From Candidatus Moanibacter sp. (lineage in GTDB: Bacteria; Verrucomicrobiota; Verrucomicrobiia; Opitutales; UBA2987), in contig CBDCEW010000105.1 in the NCBI GenBank assembly GCA_965215885.1, positions 224,001-288,000 of the forward strand: a stretch of DNA of 64,000 nucleotides, in the 5' to 3' direction. Below, piece by piece: positions 10,228 to 20,962 of the stretch. Positions within the stretch are counted from its first letter, which is position 1. Each line of letters opens with the position of its first letter. The notes under the pieces were generated by a model, which saw only the letters and a list, made by a program, of their open reading frames with translations, ran no database searches and was not told the origin of the DNA. The position numbers were made by a program, and so were the translations under genes.

Positions 10228-12611
10228 CTACCTCTGCCCGTCCGTCAGAAAACAAGAGTCCATCTCCAGCGCAAAAGTATCCCTTACTCTCCCAAGGAAA
10301 CCATCCCCTAAATCGGGCCTGAAACCACTGCCCGAGATGGAGCGTTGGCCATCCATCGCCTGAATCGGAAAGCCATATACCGCGCCATTTGTGTCAATCT
10401 GGTGGGCGCCCACCGCTTCTCGCAAGTCGCCCCCGTTAATTTGAATCTCCGGAAGCGTCGACAACGGACTTATGCGCAACGACGGCCCTGCGGACCCCGA
10501 CGGGGTCATATCGCCGACATAGAGAAACAGGTTTACGCGAACGGTTTCCGCGGCTATTCCGATCATTCCGGAGGAGCCACGGAAATTCGCGTTGGCCGCA
10601 TTAATCCCCCCGATCGTGGAGACGCCACCGCCGCCCGCGCCTACCGTAAGACTCCTGATATCGGCAATGCCATCAGCGCCTCCCGAAAACGTCTCTTCAT
10701 TAATGAGAGCGTTATCTACTCGAGAGGAATCATTGCCAAGAGAAAACACCGAAAAGAAGGTCAACTCAGTCGGATTTTCGATGATAAATGTGGCCAACCC
10801 TTGTACATAAAAAGTTCCGGGCTGAGCGTAGGGAGAGGAAACTTTTTCCTTAAAGTCGTAAAGTCGAATCGTCAGATGTGTGTGGAGGCTGTCACTACCG
10901 AATTCGGCGAAGACCAGGTCGCCATCCGGATCAAGAAAGGAGACGCGCGTGATCTGCCCGGCCACGGAGGAAAAAGTCGCTTCCTCGCCGGACATTTCAA
11001 ATCCATTGTAAATGTTACCCTGAAACTCAGTCTCCTCGTTCACGCTTGCGGCGCTACCCGATCGCAACAGACCCGCCAACTCCGACTCGAAGGCAACAAA
11101 CGTGCTGTTTATCGGTATATCTTCAAAGACCTGCTCCACACCGCTCGGCCACCGAATTGTCAGTCCCTTCACAACTTCGCTCTGACCATCGAGGCCAAAG
11201 TGCGCCGTCAATTCGCTTTGGCTCAAAAAGTGATTACCCGGAGTGATCTCTCGCACCTGCCTGGGGCCTCCCTCCACCGGTTCGAGGATCAGAAGGGCTC
11301 CGTTACCGTCGCGACTGGAGAGCGTGCCGATCGTCTTCACGCGCAACCAGCTCTTTCCGTTCCCGCCGTCATTGCGGTAGAGATTCGCCCGCCCGACATG
11401 GTTTGTAACGAACAGATCGAGATCGCCGTCACGGTCGTAATCGAATGTCAACAGGCCTTTCCCCGGAGTCTTCTCCGTAATTCCCACCTCCGCGTCCACC
11501 CTGGTGAAACCCCCGTTCTCATTCCGCCATAGAATCGTCGGGTGACTGTCCTCATTGGTCATTGTGAGATCGAGATCACCGTCATTGTCGTAATCGAAAA
11601 AGGCTGCCCCCCACCCCCAGCCACCATTGCGTACGCCTGAATCCAGACCCTCCTCCGCAAATCGGCGAGAACCCAGATTTCGGTAGAGACCGTTTCCTGG
11701 AATCCCATTCTCGCTGAAACCTTCAATCGCTGTGACAAACCAGTCGAGAAGACCGTCACCGTTGTAGTCGCCAATCGCCGAACCCATACCGTTCGCCTCC
11801 AGATTCACACCCGCCTCTAACGTCCCATCGGTAAATGTCCCGTCGCCATTGTTCCAAAACAGCTGGCTCGTCCGAAAATCCGCTGCGATCGCCAGATCAG
11901 GCCAGCCGTCGCCGTCCAGATCCGAGAAACTCGAAGTAAAGACCTGCTGCTGTTCAAGCTCTCCCACCAGAACTCCGGCCTCCACCGTAGTATTGGCAAA
12001 GTGTCCCGGCGCTTCATCACCCCTGTTTCGTAGAAGTGCCGTAAAGTAGGGATCGTCGAAGTTACTTCCCAGTACTCCCCACTCCGTAGTATGTATGTCC
12101 AACCAACCGTCCCGATCGTAATCGCCAAATGTTACGCTGTACCCCTTGTGCTCGCGTGTATTCGTCAGGTCCGCCCCGCGCTCAAGAGCCTCTTCAAAAA
12201 ACGTTCCTCCCCCATTGTTGATATAGAGATAGAATCTGTTGTGTAACATCGTGGCCAGATAGAGATCGAGATCCCCATCGTTGTCGATGTCACCACATGC
12301 CGCACCCGTCGTTGGCAGATTTTCGTCAAACCCCGCCTCAAGTGAGGCATCTTCGAACGTCCCATCCCCCGATTGCGGTAGAGAATGTCGGAATCGTCGA
12401 CGCGCGTGACAAAGAGATCCACCCAGCCATCCCCGTCGAAATCTCCTGCGGCCGCGCCTCCCGTCACCAGCAGCCTCTTCTCTTCGGTCTTATCGGGCGA
12501 CTGTCGCTGCTCGTATCCTATCCCCGCCTCCGTCGTGACCTCCGTAAAGACTTGCCCCGCCAATACGGCCGGAGTGAGGAGATAAAAAGTAAAATGTAGT
12601 GCCCTCAGCAC
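10228..12611 (-). pseudogene. Second CRTAC1/ASPIC-UnbV paralogue with one frameshift
   Basis: ORFs 12165-12611 and 10228-12249 join if one G is added in the run at 12366-12370, restoring YRNRGDGTFEDA. This may be a sequencing error. Confidence 0.85.
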
Positions 12612-12823
12612 TGGTTTTTTTTCAAAATAACGAAGAAATCTTTACATCTCCATCACGACGAACAAAATCCTTGAGTGGTGAATAAAAATGTCACTACGCT
12701 AATCCCCCCAGAAGTTTACGACCCAACCGCCACCTTCGCATTGAATTTCAAAGTAAATGCTTCATTCCGCGCTGTCGAACCCATGATTGCGAAAAATGGC
12801 CAGTTGTGTGAAATTGAAGGGAA

Positions 12824-12839
12824 TGGCACGACCATTGCT
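12824..12839 (+). promoter_or_regulatory. Sigma-54 (-24/-12) promoter
   Basis: TGGCACG-ACCA-TTGCT matches the consensus TGGCACG-N4-TTGCW. It lies about 55 bp before the TonB receptor ATG once the IS is removed. Confidence 0.75.
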
Positions 12840-12895
12840 CGAATGATCCGAGTGTTCACTTTTGTTCAAGAGAAGAAATAACCAAAACCTACCTA

Positions 12896-14812
12896 GACCC
12901 CATTCGAAAAGCCTTTCGAGCGGGCGGTTTAAGGTTCTCCGCCACGGGCGGACCAGCCTATGGCTGGCAGGTTTCGGGTTTTAGGCTGCCGGCGCTGCCG
13001 ATGAGCAGGTATTGAGCGGCCATCGGCGTGGCTTGCTGCACAATACGTATATTTGCCGCTGTCTGGAGGCATACTCATCCCGTGGTGCTTTTTTCTCTGA
13101 GCTTCAAAGCGGTCAGATTCAGGCTGCCTGTTCCAGTTCCTCCCCTCGGCGTTTCTTCATCAGTATGATGCGGCAGAAGTTGTAGGCCAGAACCTTCTCG
13201 AGCAGTTCATCGCCTACCGCATCGATGCCGCGGCGGCCGAGTTCGCCAAAGGCAAATCCATCTTTAATCGTGAACATCAGCGACTCCACTGCGGAGCGAT
13301 CGCGGCGTGCCTCGCGATACGCCTCGCTCTCCCAGTCCTCGGGGGTGGTCAACTTCTTGCCCTTCGCCCCACTGATACTGATCTGCTTTACCCCCATGCT
13401 CAGCACCTCCTTGCGTCCCTTCGCCGAAGCATATCCGTCATCGGTGCTGACCAGTTCAGCAATGACACCGGTGCGCTTGATCGAATCGCCGATGGCCGGC
13501 GCCAGCTCAATGGAGTCTGCCGCGTTGCCTTGCGGTACGATCAGGCTGGTGACAAAACCGTTTTCGCTGCGAACCAGTTGTGGCTTGTACCCGATCACTG
13601 GATTGCGGCTGCCCTTCTTGATGTAGGCCGCCGATCCGTCCGAGAGGCTCAGGACCTTCTGTGTGGACGGTAGCTTCTTTTCGTGAAACACCCGATCATG
13701 AGCATACTCAACAACCCGCTTGGCGTCGGCAATATCGCCCCTGATCTGGCTCAATGCCCGCTCCAGAAGCTCCCGGCGAGTGGGAGGCAGTGAATCCATC
13801 GACAGGCCCTCTTCAAGATGGCTCAGTTCCCCCGTTAGTGAGTCGGCCGCCTTGCGGCCCCGCTTGAGCAACCGCCGGTAGTGTTTCTTCAGCTTGCCCT
13901 TCGACTTCGGTTTGCCCGCGGCCAGACAAATCTGAAACTCCAGCTTGTCCATTTCCTCCAGCCAACGCCCAACCCATCCCTTGCGAAAATCCTCCAGCCC
14001 GAAGACATGCAACTTCTGACCCAAACGATTGGCCCGCATCAAAAGACCGCTCAGAATCTTCCCATCGGTGGGCCAGCAGCTGTTTGCTTTCACCGAGGTG
14101 CTGTCGATCGTCAGCTTCCCGAAATCGTCCCATTGCTCCTGGAGGATAAACCCAATCTGTTTATCAAAGATCAACTCGCGGGTCGTATGGCTGACCAGGT
14201 TCACGTTCTCCAGAATCGTCGTCACCGCCGGCATTCTCAGTCCCCCGCTCTGCAAAAATCCGTACAAGCTCATCGACTCGCGCACAAACCGCCGTGCCGG
14301 TTTCGTGGTCAACGAACCCAGAAACCCTCGAATCATCACGAACACGTATACCGCATAAGCCGGCATCCGCGGCCGGCCTGCCCCAAGATTCAATTCAGCA
14401 GCCAGAATATTCTCCTCCTCGATGTCCAGCTCCGGCAGCTCCGCTGTGCGCCCTTCAAAGAACCTTCGATCTTCCAATCGAAGTTTCTTCTTCTCACGCG
14501 CATGGGCGTCCAGATCCTTCTCGATCGCCTCGATGATTTGCGCCGCGAACCCGGCCAATTCTTCAACTTCATCCAGAAAATCACGGAAATCCGTGTCTGG
14601 AACCGGCAGAATGAGGTTGCTAAGGGGCGTCTTATCGCTTTTGTTCTCCTCTGTCGCACATGTTGGCATGTTTAACTCCTTTCTTAATCTTAGGTTGTTA
14701 AACACTAGCATGTTGCGACACTTTTTATCAAGCCAAAAAATGATTTTTCTCAAGTTTTTCGTGCGCCTTTTGCGCCTCTTTGCGGCCAATCAGTAGCTTT
14801 TCGGATAAGGTC
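12896..14812 (-). mobile_element. Insertion sequence copy 1 (1917 bp, DDE, IS5/IS1182/ISNCY-like)
   Basis: Imperfect terminal inverted repeats GACCCCATTCGAAAAGC / GCTTTTCGGATAAGGTC; 6-bp target duplication TACCTA. Confidence 0.95.
13119..14669 (-). CDS. DDE transposase (516 aa from the ATG with a ribosome-binding site)
   Basis: TIDST, STDDGY and RSAVESLMFTIK catalytic motifs; AAGGAG upstream of MPTCATEE. Confidence 0.93.
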   Translation of the reverse strand: MPTCATEENKSDKTPLSNLILPVPDTDFRDFLDEVEELAGFAAQIIEAIEKDLDAHAREKKKLRLEDRRFFEGRTAELPELDIEEENILAAELNLGAGRPRMPAYAVYVFVMIRGFLGSLTTKPARRFVRESMSLYGFLQSGGLRMPAVTTILENVNLVSHTTRELIFDKQIGFILQEQWDDFGKLTIDSTSVKANSCWPTDGKILSGLLMRANRLGQKLHVFGLEDFRKGWVGRWLEEMDKLEFQICLAAGKPKSKGKLKKHYRRLLKRGRKAADSLTGELSHLEEGLSMDSLPPTRRELLERALSQIRGDIADAKRVVEYAHDRVFHEKKLPSTQKVLSLSDGSAAYIKKGSRNPVIGYKPQLVRSENGFVTSLIVPQGNAADSIELAPAIGDSIKRTGVIAELVSTDDGYASAKGRKEVLSMGVKQISISGAKGKKLTTPEDWESEAYREARRDRSAVESLMFTIKDGFAFGELGRRGIDAVGDELLEKVLAYNFCRIILMKKRRGEELEQAA

Positions 14813-14817
14813 TACCT

Positions 14818-17226
14818 ATGAGAAAAATCACATCTGCACTGTTAGCCTCCGGCATCTTGCTGGCTATATCTCCGGTCCTCGCGCAGGAAGAAGAGGTCGA
14901 GGAACTGGAAGAATACCTCATCGAAGAACTCGTCGAAGATCCTGTCGGCATCATACCCGAGCGTCCCACCGAGACCCTCTTCGGCACCTCCCGCTCCGTC
15001 CTGGAAATACCGCGGTCGATCTCCATGATCGAGGGTGATATGCTCGAGCGCTACGGCGTCCAATCCGTGGCTGACTTCATCTCCGTCTCCGCCGGAACCT
15101 TTACCGACAATTTTTTCGGTATTCCGGGAAGCCTCCAGATTCGCGGCACTTTCAGCGACACCTTCTTCCGCGGTTTTCGCCGCGTAGAAAATCGCGGGAA
15201 TTATCCCACGCCCATCGCCGCCACTCAGCGCGTCGAAATCGTCCGGGGCCCCCCCACCCCATATTACGGCGGCGGCAAGGTCGGAGGGTTCATGAACTTT
15301 ATCCCTAAGAGCGCACGCACCGAAACCGCCAAGTTCATTGAGAAACCAACCGGGAAGCTCGGCCTCACCTACGGTTCTTATGACAGAAAGCAGCTCGACG
15401 TGGAATTCGGCGCCCCCATCGAATTCGGCCGGGCCAAAGGAGGCTATTACGTCTACGGCCAGTTTGAAGACTCCAAAAGCTTCTACATCGACGTAATCAA
15501 TCGCAACAAGATCATCCAGGTCTCATTCGACATCGATCTCAACGACACCTGGAATGTGGAATTCGGCACAATGTTGACGAAGACCCGGCTCATCCAAAAT
15601 CCCGGCTGGAATCGACTTACCCAGGACCTCATCGACAACGGTACCTACATCACGGGAAGTCCAGCCACCATTGTTCCGGACACTAACGGTAACGGAGTGC
15701 TCGATGAAGCGGAAGCGATCCCGTTTGGGCTCGATACTTTCTGCGCCAATTTCAACCTCTGTTTCGACTTTGGCGGGACTACCGGCTTAACCAATATCGG
15801 AACCACCACGCTCAGCCGCCGGAAAGTATTCACGGATCCCAACGACTTCGGCGACACCAACACTTACACCGCTTATTTCGATCTCAACGCAGAGCTGAGC
15901 GATAACCTTCGCATGTCCACGCAGTTTTTTTACGACCACATGCAACACGATAAACACACCACCTACGGCTTTACCTCCCTTTATAACCCTCGCATCATTG
16001 AAGTGAAGCACACCTTCTTTCATAAGATGGGCGCCTCAGATAACTTTAAAGGGGAGAATGTCTTTGGCTTCAACTACCGCAAATACGAGGTCACCGAAAA
16101 GGAAGCCTTCAGCCAGGGTATGCAGATTTTTGATCGCCGTGATCTTTCCGTAGGTCCCACTACCCAGGACCGGTTCGCCAACGCAACCACCGACGGCCGC
16201 AGATACAATACCAAATACAAAAGTACCACAGATGATATCGGTATCTATGGCGTGACGGATCTGACCTTCGCCGAGAAATTCGGGGTTGTTGCCGGATTCC
16301 GATGGGATTTCTATGATCAGGAAACGACCGACCTCGTCGACAGACCCAACGTTCTGGCAGATCCGAATCCGAATTTCGGGGAAACCGCAACCGACTCGCG
16401 AGATGTTATCACCTTTAATGCCAGCGGCACCTACACCCACGAGACCGCCAACGGCTGGAAATTCATACCCTACATCACCTATGCGGAATCCACCTTCATA
16501 GAAAATGGCCAGAGCGGCGGCGCTAATTTCGGCGCCGCTGCGAGCGGCAGCTGGCTGCAGGATTCCGACCTCTGGGAGGGCGGGCTTAAGGTGTCGGGCT
16601 TTGAAGGAAAACTGCATGCGACTTTCGCTCTATATCAGCAGAATCGAACACGTCTCGACACGATGGCGATGCCCCCTACCGTTGTTAACAACCGTTCCAC
16701 CGGATACGAAGTCGAAACCCGCTTCGTTCCCAACAAGAATTGGGCGTTCACCTTTACCGGGACCTGGTCGAAGACGATTGAAACACCTGCACCCGGTTTC
16801 GGTTCGTTCACGGTCCTCCCCATCGCTGTTATACCTCGGACTCCCGAGCAAGGTTATGGCGGCCGATATTTCGCTGGCACGGGCTTCGCCGGCCTGCCCA
16901 GTTTTGAGCAGGATGGCCAGCCGGATAAGGTCATCAGCGCCTATGTCTCTTACACCGGCGAACTGGGCGACGGCGAGTGGGGCCTTACCTTCGGCTCTAC
17001 TTATGTCGCCGATGTCTTCGCGGGACGCGTAAAATTCATCAAATTGCCCGATTACTGGATTACCAACCTCTCCGGCTTCGTCCAGATGGGAAAGTGGCGG
17101 GTAGCCGGTCTCATCAAGAACGTCTTCGACGAACGCTACTTTCGCTCCCAGGCTATCTTCCACGAAGTCCTCGTCCTCCCCGGAGCCGGAATCACCGCCG
17201 AAGCAACCCTCAGCTATAATTTCTAA
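14818..17226 (+). CDS. TonB-dependent receptor
   Basis: Signal peptide; plug motifs (EIPRSISMI, IRG, RVEIVRGP..YG); C-terminal KNVFDERY and terminal YNF. Confidence 0.93.
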   Translation: MRKITSALLASGILLAISPVLAQEEEVEELEEYLIEELVEDPVGIIPERPTETLFGTSRSVLEIPRSISMIEGDMLERYGVQSVADFISVSAGTFTDNFFGIPGSLQIRGTFSDTFFRGFRRVENRGNYPTPIAATQRVEIVRGPPTPYYGGGKVGGFMNFIPKSARTETAKFIEKPTGKLGLTYGSYDRKQLDVEFGAPIEFGRAKGGYYVYGQFEDSKSFYIDVINRNKIIQVSFDIDLNDTWNVEFGTMLTKTRLIQNPGWNRLTQDLIDNGTYITGSPATIVPDTNGNGVLDEAEAIPFGLDTFCANFNLCFDFGGTTGLTNIGTTTLSRRKVFTDPNDFGDTNTYTAYFDLNAELSDNLRMSTQFFYDHMQHDKHTTYGFTSLYNPRIIEVKHTFFHKMGASDNFKGENVFGFNYRKYEVTEKEAFSQGMQIFDRRDLSVGPTTQDRFANATTDGRRYNTKYKSTTDDIGIYGVTDLTFAEKFGVVAGFRWDFYDQETTDLVDRPNVLADPNPNFGETATDSRDVITFNASGTYTHETANGWKFIPYITYAESTFIENGQSGGANFGAAASGSWLQDSDLWEGGLKVSGFEGKLHATFALYQQNRTRLDTMAMPPTVVNNRSTGYEVETRFVPNKNWAFTFTGTWSKTIETPAPGFGSFTVLPIAVIPRTPEQGYGGRYFAGTGFAGLPSFEQDGQPDKVISAYVSYTGELGDGEWGLTFGSTYVADVFAGRVKFIKLPDYWITNLSGFVQMGKWRVAGLIKNVFDERYFRSQAIFHEVLVLPGAGITAEATLSYNF

Positions 17227-17248
17227 ATACTATTCGGCTTTCTTCTTT

Positions 17249-17282
17249 AAAAGGCGGTCACCATTCCGGTGACCGCCTTTTT
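17249..17282 (+). terminator. Rho-independent terminator
   Basis: AAAAGGCGGTCACC-attcc-GGTGACCGCCTTTTT directly after the receptor stop codon. Confidence 0.85.
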
Positions 17283-17697
17283 CGTTGCCCTTGTTGATCT
17301 GAAATGCTTGTGCGGATGCGAAGATCGAAAAGCTTCCGCTTTCCGCTACGTTACGAATCGAAGTGTGTAGTCCCGGCGCGCCGGGAGAAGCTTTTCGTCC
17401 TGCCACTGCCACAAGTTTCACCCTGCCGTACGGCAGAATTCTACAGCTGCTACCGCATTAATCGTATATCGACGATAAACGAAAGATGCGGGACGAGGAC
17501 AAAAGAGTCCAAATCGCTCGCAACGGTCTTTCTTCTTTGGAAAAACTGGATTGAAGATTTGCACCACATCAAAAAGATATACTCGTCAGCAGCTCAGCAA
17601 TAAGAGAAGAACTATAAGGATCTCTCAGACTGCGCTGTTGATAGGGGCCTTAATGGCGGAATCGCCTATTGCTCCTGCAAAAAAGCACATATACAGG

Positions 17698-19092
17698 ATG
17701 AAAAAAAGTCACCTGCCAAACATCCTCGTCATCATGACCGACGATCACGGTCAGTGGGCTTCTCACTGCTACGGCAACTCTGAACTTGTGACACCGAATA
17801 TGGATTTCCTGGCGGAGAGTGGAATCCTCATGCAGAACGCATTCACAACCTGTCCGGTCTGCTCTCCCGCACGTGCCTCATTCTTCACCGGCCGGCTCCC
17901 TTCCCAACACGGCATTCACGATTTTATCAGCGAAGTGCCCGAGTTCGACTCGGGTTGGATGAAGGATGAAATAACCCTGCCGCAATTATTGAAGAGGCAG
18001 AATTATCAGACCGCCCTAATCGGAAAATGGCATTGCACTGCGAGCAGCCTCAAGCCGCAGCCGGGATTCGATTCCTGGGTCTGTTATGGTGACGAAGCCC
18101 CGGATTTCTGGAACACTTACGTCCACAGGGGCAACGTCAATTATTCCATACAGAGCAAAAATGTCTGGGAGTCGGGTTACCAGACCAGGATTTTTGCCCG
18201 CCACGCCATCGACTTCCTCCAGAATCGGGAAAGCGATAGACCCTTCTTCCTATTTTTCGGTCCGGTCAATACGCACCGCCCCTTCAACCTCCACCCCGAT
18301 AGAATCGTCGAGAAGTATCGGCAGTCACATTTCTGGGATATCCCGAAGGACGGAAAATCCTATCTCCACCCGGTCGCAACCATCCCCGAGAATCACGAGG
18401 AGTTTCTCGCCCAGTACTATTCCGCAGTAACCATGGTCGACGATCAGATAGGGACTCTACTCGACTATCTCGAGGGTCAGGGAATTCTCGATAATACCCT
18501 CGTTGTCTACACCTCCGACCACGGTCATATGAACGGTCACCACGGACTCTACTATAAGGGAGGAGCCACCATGCCCCAGAATTTCTATGAGGAGGTGATC
18601 AGAGTTCCCTACCTTCTCAGATGGCCGGATGGACTCCCCGGCGCTTTTCATCCGTCTATTCCCTTTGACCACTGCGACATGTTTCAAACCATTCTGGATG
18701 CTGCCGAAGTCAAACTCGATAGTGACGAGATCAGTGCAATCAACAGCCCGGGTGAGAGTCTGGTAAAATACTTCCAAACCCCCGAACGTGCATGGCGCTC
18801 CTATCAGTTCTGCGAATACGGCAACGCGATCATGATTTCGGACCTCGTGCATAAACTGGTCCGGCGTTTCCCACCTCACCAAGGCGTTTACCCCGATGAA
18901 TATATAAACCTTTCTATCGACCCGCGCGAAAGCGCCAATCGAATCGACGACTCGGCCTCGCAAAGTGAAATCGCCCGGCTCGACACACTCCTCGAAGATC
19001 ACTTCATCCGCTACGAGATTCCGGAAAAATCAGCTCGCAACATGCAGTCGCAGCCTCCCTGCAACGGTTCGGAACCGTGGCGGGTCTCGTGA
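17698..19092 (+). CDS. Sulfatase (formylglycine-dependent, Cys type)
   Basis: PNILVIMTDD, CSPARASFFTG, GKWH and SDHG motifs. Start placed at ATG 17698; no signal peptide. Confidence 0.92.
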   Translation: MKKSHLPNILVIMTDDHGQWASHCYGNSELVTPNMDFLAESGILMQNAFTTCPVCSPARASFFTGRLPSQHGIHDFISEVPEFDSGWMKDEITLPQLLKRQNYQTALIGKWHCTASSLKPQPGFDSWVCYGDEAPDFWNTYVHRGNVNYSIQSKNVWESGYQTRIFARHAIDFLQNRESDRPFFLFFGPVNTHRPFNLHPDRIVEKYRQSHFWDIPKDGKSYLHPVATIPENHEEFLAQYYSAVTMVDDQIGTLLDYLEGQGILDNTLVVYTSDHGHMNGHHGLYYKGGATMPQNFYEEVIRVPYLLRWPDGLPGAFHPSIPFDHCDMFQTILDAAEVKLDSDEISAINSPGESLVKYFQTPERAWRSYQFCEYGNAIMISDLVHKLVRRFPPHQGVYPDEYINLSIDPRESANRIDDSASQSEIARLDTLLEDHFIRYEIPEKSARNMQSQPPCNGSEPWRVS

Positions 19093-19161
19093 ACTGAAAT
19101 TGAAAATCGTTCTCGACCGATGATCACGGCCTGCCATGAGCCCGTCGAATGGATTGAGACC

Positions 19162-19508
19162 CACGATGGGAGAGGGAGATCCACTTCAATCTCCCCGTCG
19201 TCGTCATAATCGTAATCGAAAGTCGAAAAAGAGGAAGATCGACAGGAGATCACGATTGTTAGGCACGATGGGAGAGGGGGAACCGATGCGATTCCCGTCG
19301 TGATCATTATCGTGATCTAAAGTCGAAAAGAGGAAGATCGACAGGAGATTACGATTGTGAATCACGACGGAAGAGACGAATCCACTTCAATCTCCCTGTC
19401 GTGAATCATAATCGTAATCGAGAGTCGAAAAGAGGAAGATCGACTGGAGATCACGACTGAGACGCACGACGTTGGAAGCGAAAACTGATCAATCTTCCCG
19501 TCGTGATC
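19162..19508. repeat. Tandem ~101-bp hairpin-forming intergenic repeat (about 3.5 units)
   Basis: Units start at 19162, 19264, 19363 and 19465, with a conserved ATCGTAATCGAAAGTCGAAAAGAGGAAGATCGAC core. Confidence 0.85.
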
Positions 19509-19574
19509 CAAATTTTGAGTTGTGATAATTTCGCGAACCCGGCACCTTAAGCTTTCCTGCCAACAATATTCATC

Positions 19575-20630
19575 ATGAACACATCAAAATTCACCCTTTC
19601 ACTCACCATTCTAATCTCTCTCCTTGGCGCTACCTCATCCCTTCCCGCAACCGGCCCGATTCCCGTCAAAGTGGCCGTGGTGGCAATGTACGAGGCCGGC
19701 GAATATACCGGTGATGCCCCCGGCGAATACCAATTCTGGATAGAGCGGGAAAACCTCAACAAGATATACTCCTTCCCCTTTGGCCCCCACGATCTGCGAA
19801 TGAATGACGCCGGACTCATGGGAGTCTGCACCGGACCGGGAGTCACGAATGCCGCAATGGTTATTTCGGCCCTCGGCCTGGATTCCCGCTTCGACTTTAG
19901 GAATACCTACTGGATTGTCTCCGGAATCGCCGGCGTGGACCCGGCAGACGCTTCCATCGGCTCCGCCGCCTGGGCGAACTGGGTCATTGAAGGCGATCTA
20001 TCCAAAGCGATCGACTCCAAGGAAGCGCCCGACGACTGGCCCTACGGTATTTTTCCCACCAACGGTAAGCGCCCTAACCAACTCGGCGACGGCTTCACCT
20101 ACAATAATATGGCATTTCGCTTGAATGCGTCCCTGGTCGACTGGGCCTACCAGCTGTCTAAAGACGTCGAGCTTATAGAACACCCGGAAACTGCTGAATT
20201 CCGCAAACTGTATGAAGGTATGCCCAACGCCTCCCGCCCTCCTTTCGTCTTGAAAGGTGACAGCTTTGGCTCCAACACCTATTGGCACGGCTCAATTCTC
20301 AACCAATGGGCAAATGACTGGACGAAACTCTACACCAACGGCGAAGGAAATTCTGTCATGACCAATATGGAGGACAACGGCACCCTGCGCGCCCTCCATC
20401 GGCTTGCCAAGATCGGCAGGGTCGACATCGATCGTGTTCTGGTCTTAAGAACCGCAAGCAACTACTCAGCGGAACCGCCCGGCGAGACTGCAGAGTGGAG
20501 CCTTACCGCCCCGTATCCCGCCAGTGGCCTCACCGCGAAAGAGGCCTGCTATCGCGTTGCCGCCCCCGTCGTCCACGCCCTCGTGGGTGGATGGGATAAG
20601 TATGAGGGCAAAATACCGGGAGATGATTGA
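19575..20630 (+). CDS. NUP (purine nucleoside permease) family protein with signal peptide
   Basis: PIPVKVAVVAMYE.G..TGD.PGE.Q.W, LGLDSRFD..TYWIVSGIAGVDP, MED.G and LRTASNY motifs. Confidence 0.88.
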   Translation: MNTSKFTLSLTILISLLGATSSLPATGPIPVKVAVVAMYEAGEYTGDAPGEYQFWIERENLNKIYSFPFGPHDLRMNDAGLMGVCTGPGVTNAAMVISALGLDSRFDFRNTYWIVSGIAGVDPADASIGSAAWANWVIEGDLSKAIDSKEAPDDWPYGIFPTNGKRPNQLGDGFTYNNMAFRLNASLVDWAYQLSKDVELIEHPETAEFRKLYEGMPNASRPPFVLKGDSFGSNTYWHGSILNQWANDWTKLYTNGEGNSVMTNMEDNGTLRALHRLAKIGRVDIDRVLVLRTASNYSAEPPGETAEWSLTAPYPASGLTAKEACYRVAAPVVHALVGGWDKYEGKIPGDD

Positions 20631-20924
20631 CCGGAATGGCACTAACCTAAGGGATAGTTACGGTGATCACCGATGTTCCCGATTCGGCCGCCCTCCGACA
20701 GAGCTCGGGGTCTTTGACAAGGGGCCTTCCCACAAAGACTTACGTCTGTCGTCGTAAGCTTGCTTGCGAGCGATTCTCGCCCTAAGTAAGTGCCATTCCC
20801 GCTTCGCTCCAAAGACCGAATCGCGAAACAGTTCGACCGTGCTCACCACAGGCGATCCGGCTACCTGAGAATCTGGATAATCGTTGCAGTCGACGCGCGG
20901 ATAGAAAATCTTAAACCGGCAGCC

Positions 20925-20959
20925 CTGACCTCTGACCTTCGACCTTTGACCTCTGACCT
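20925..20959. repeat. Five heptamer repeats (CTGACCT)
   Basis: ctgacct ctgacct tcgacct ttgacct ctgacct, ending 3 nt before the ATG at 20963. Confidence 0.85.
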
Positions 20960-20962
20960 GGA

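Noticed and set aside
8668..11532. Long + strand ORFs (390 and 395 aa), and similar antisense ORFs at 53949-55352 and 59918-60880
   Set aside because: Antisense shadows of well-supported genes, with no recognisable motifs.
12612..12895. Purine riboswitch or coding ORF upstream of the TonB receptor
   Set aside because: No purine-aptamer core recognised; the 68-aa ORF has no motif and overlaps the sigma-54 promoter.
14670..14789. 40-aa basic N-terminal extension of the transposase
   Set aside because: The frame is broken in copy 3, and a strong ribosome-binding site and a promoter-like TTGATA..TAGTGT precede the ATG at 14669.
19255..19270. Integron attC site (GTTAGGC)
   Set aside because: Present in only one unit, with no matching RYYYAAC inverse core and no integrase in the window.
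19162..19508. CRISPR array
   Set aside because: The period is ~101 bp, the would-be spacers are similar to each other, the repeats are degenerate, and no cas genes are present.
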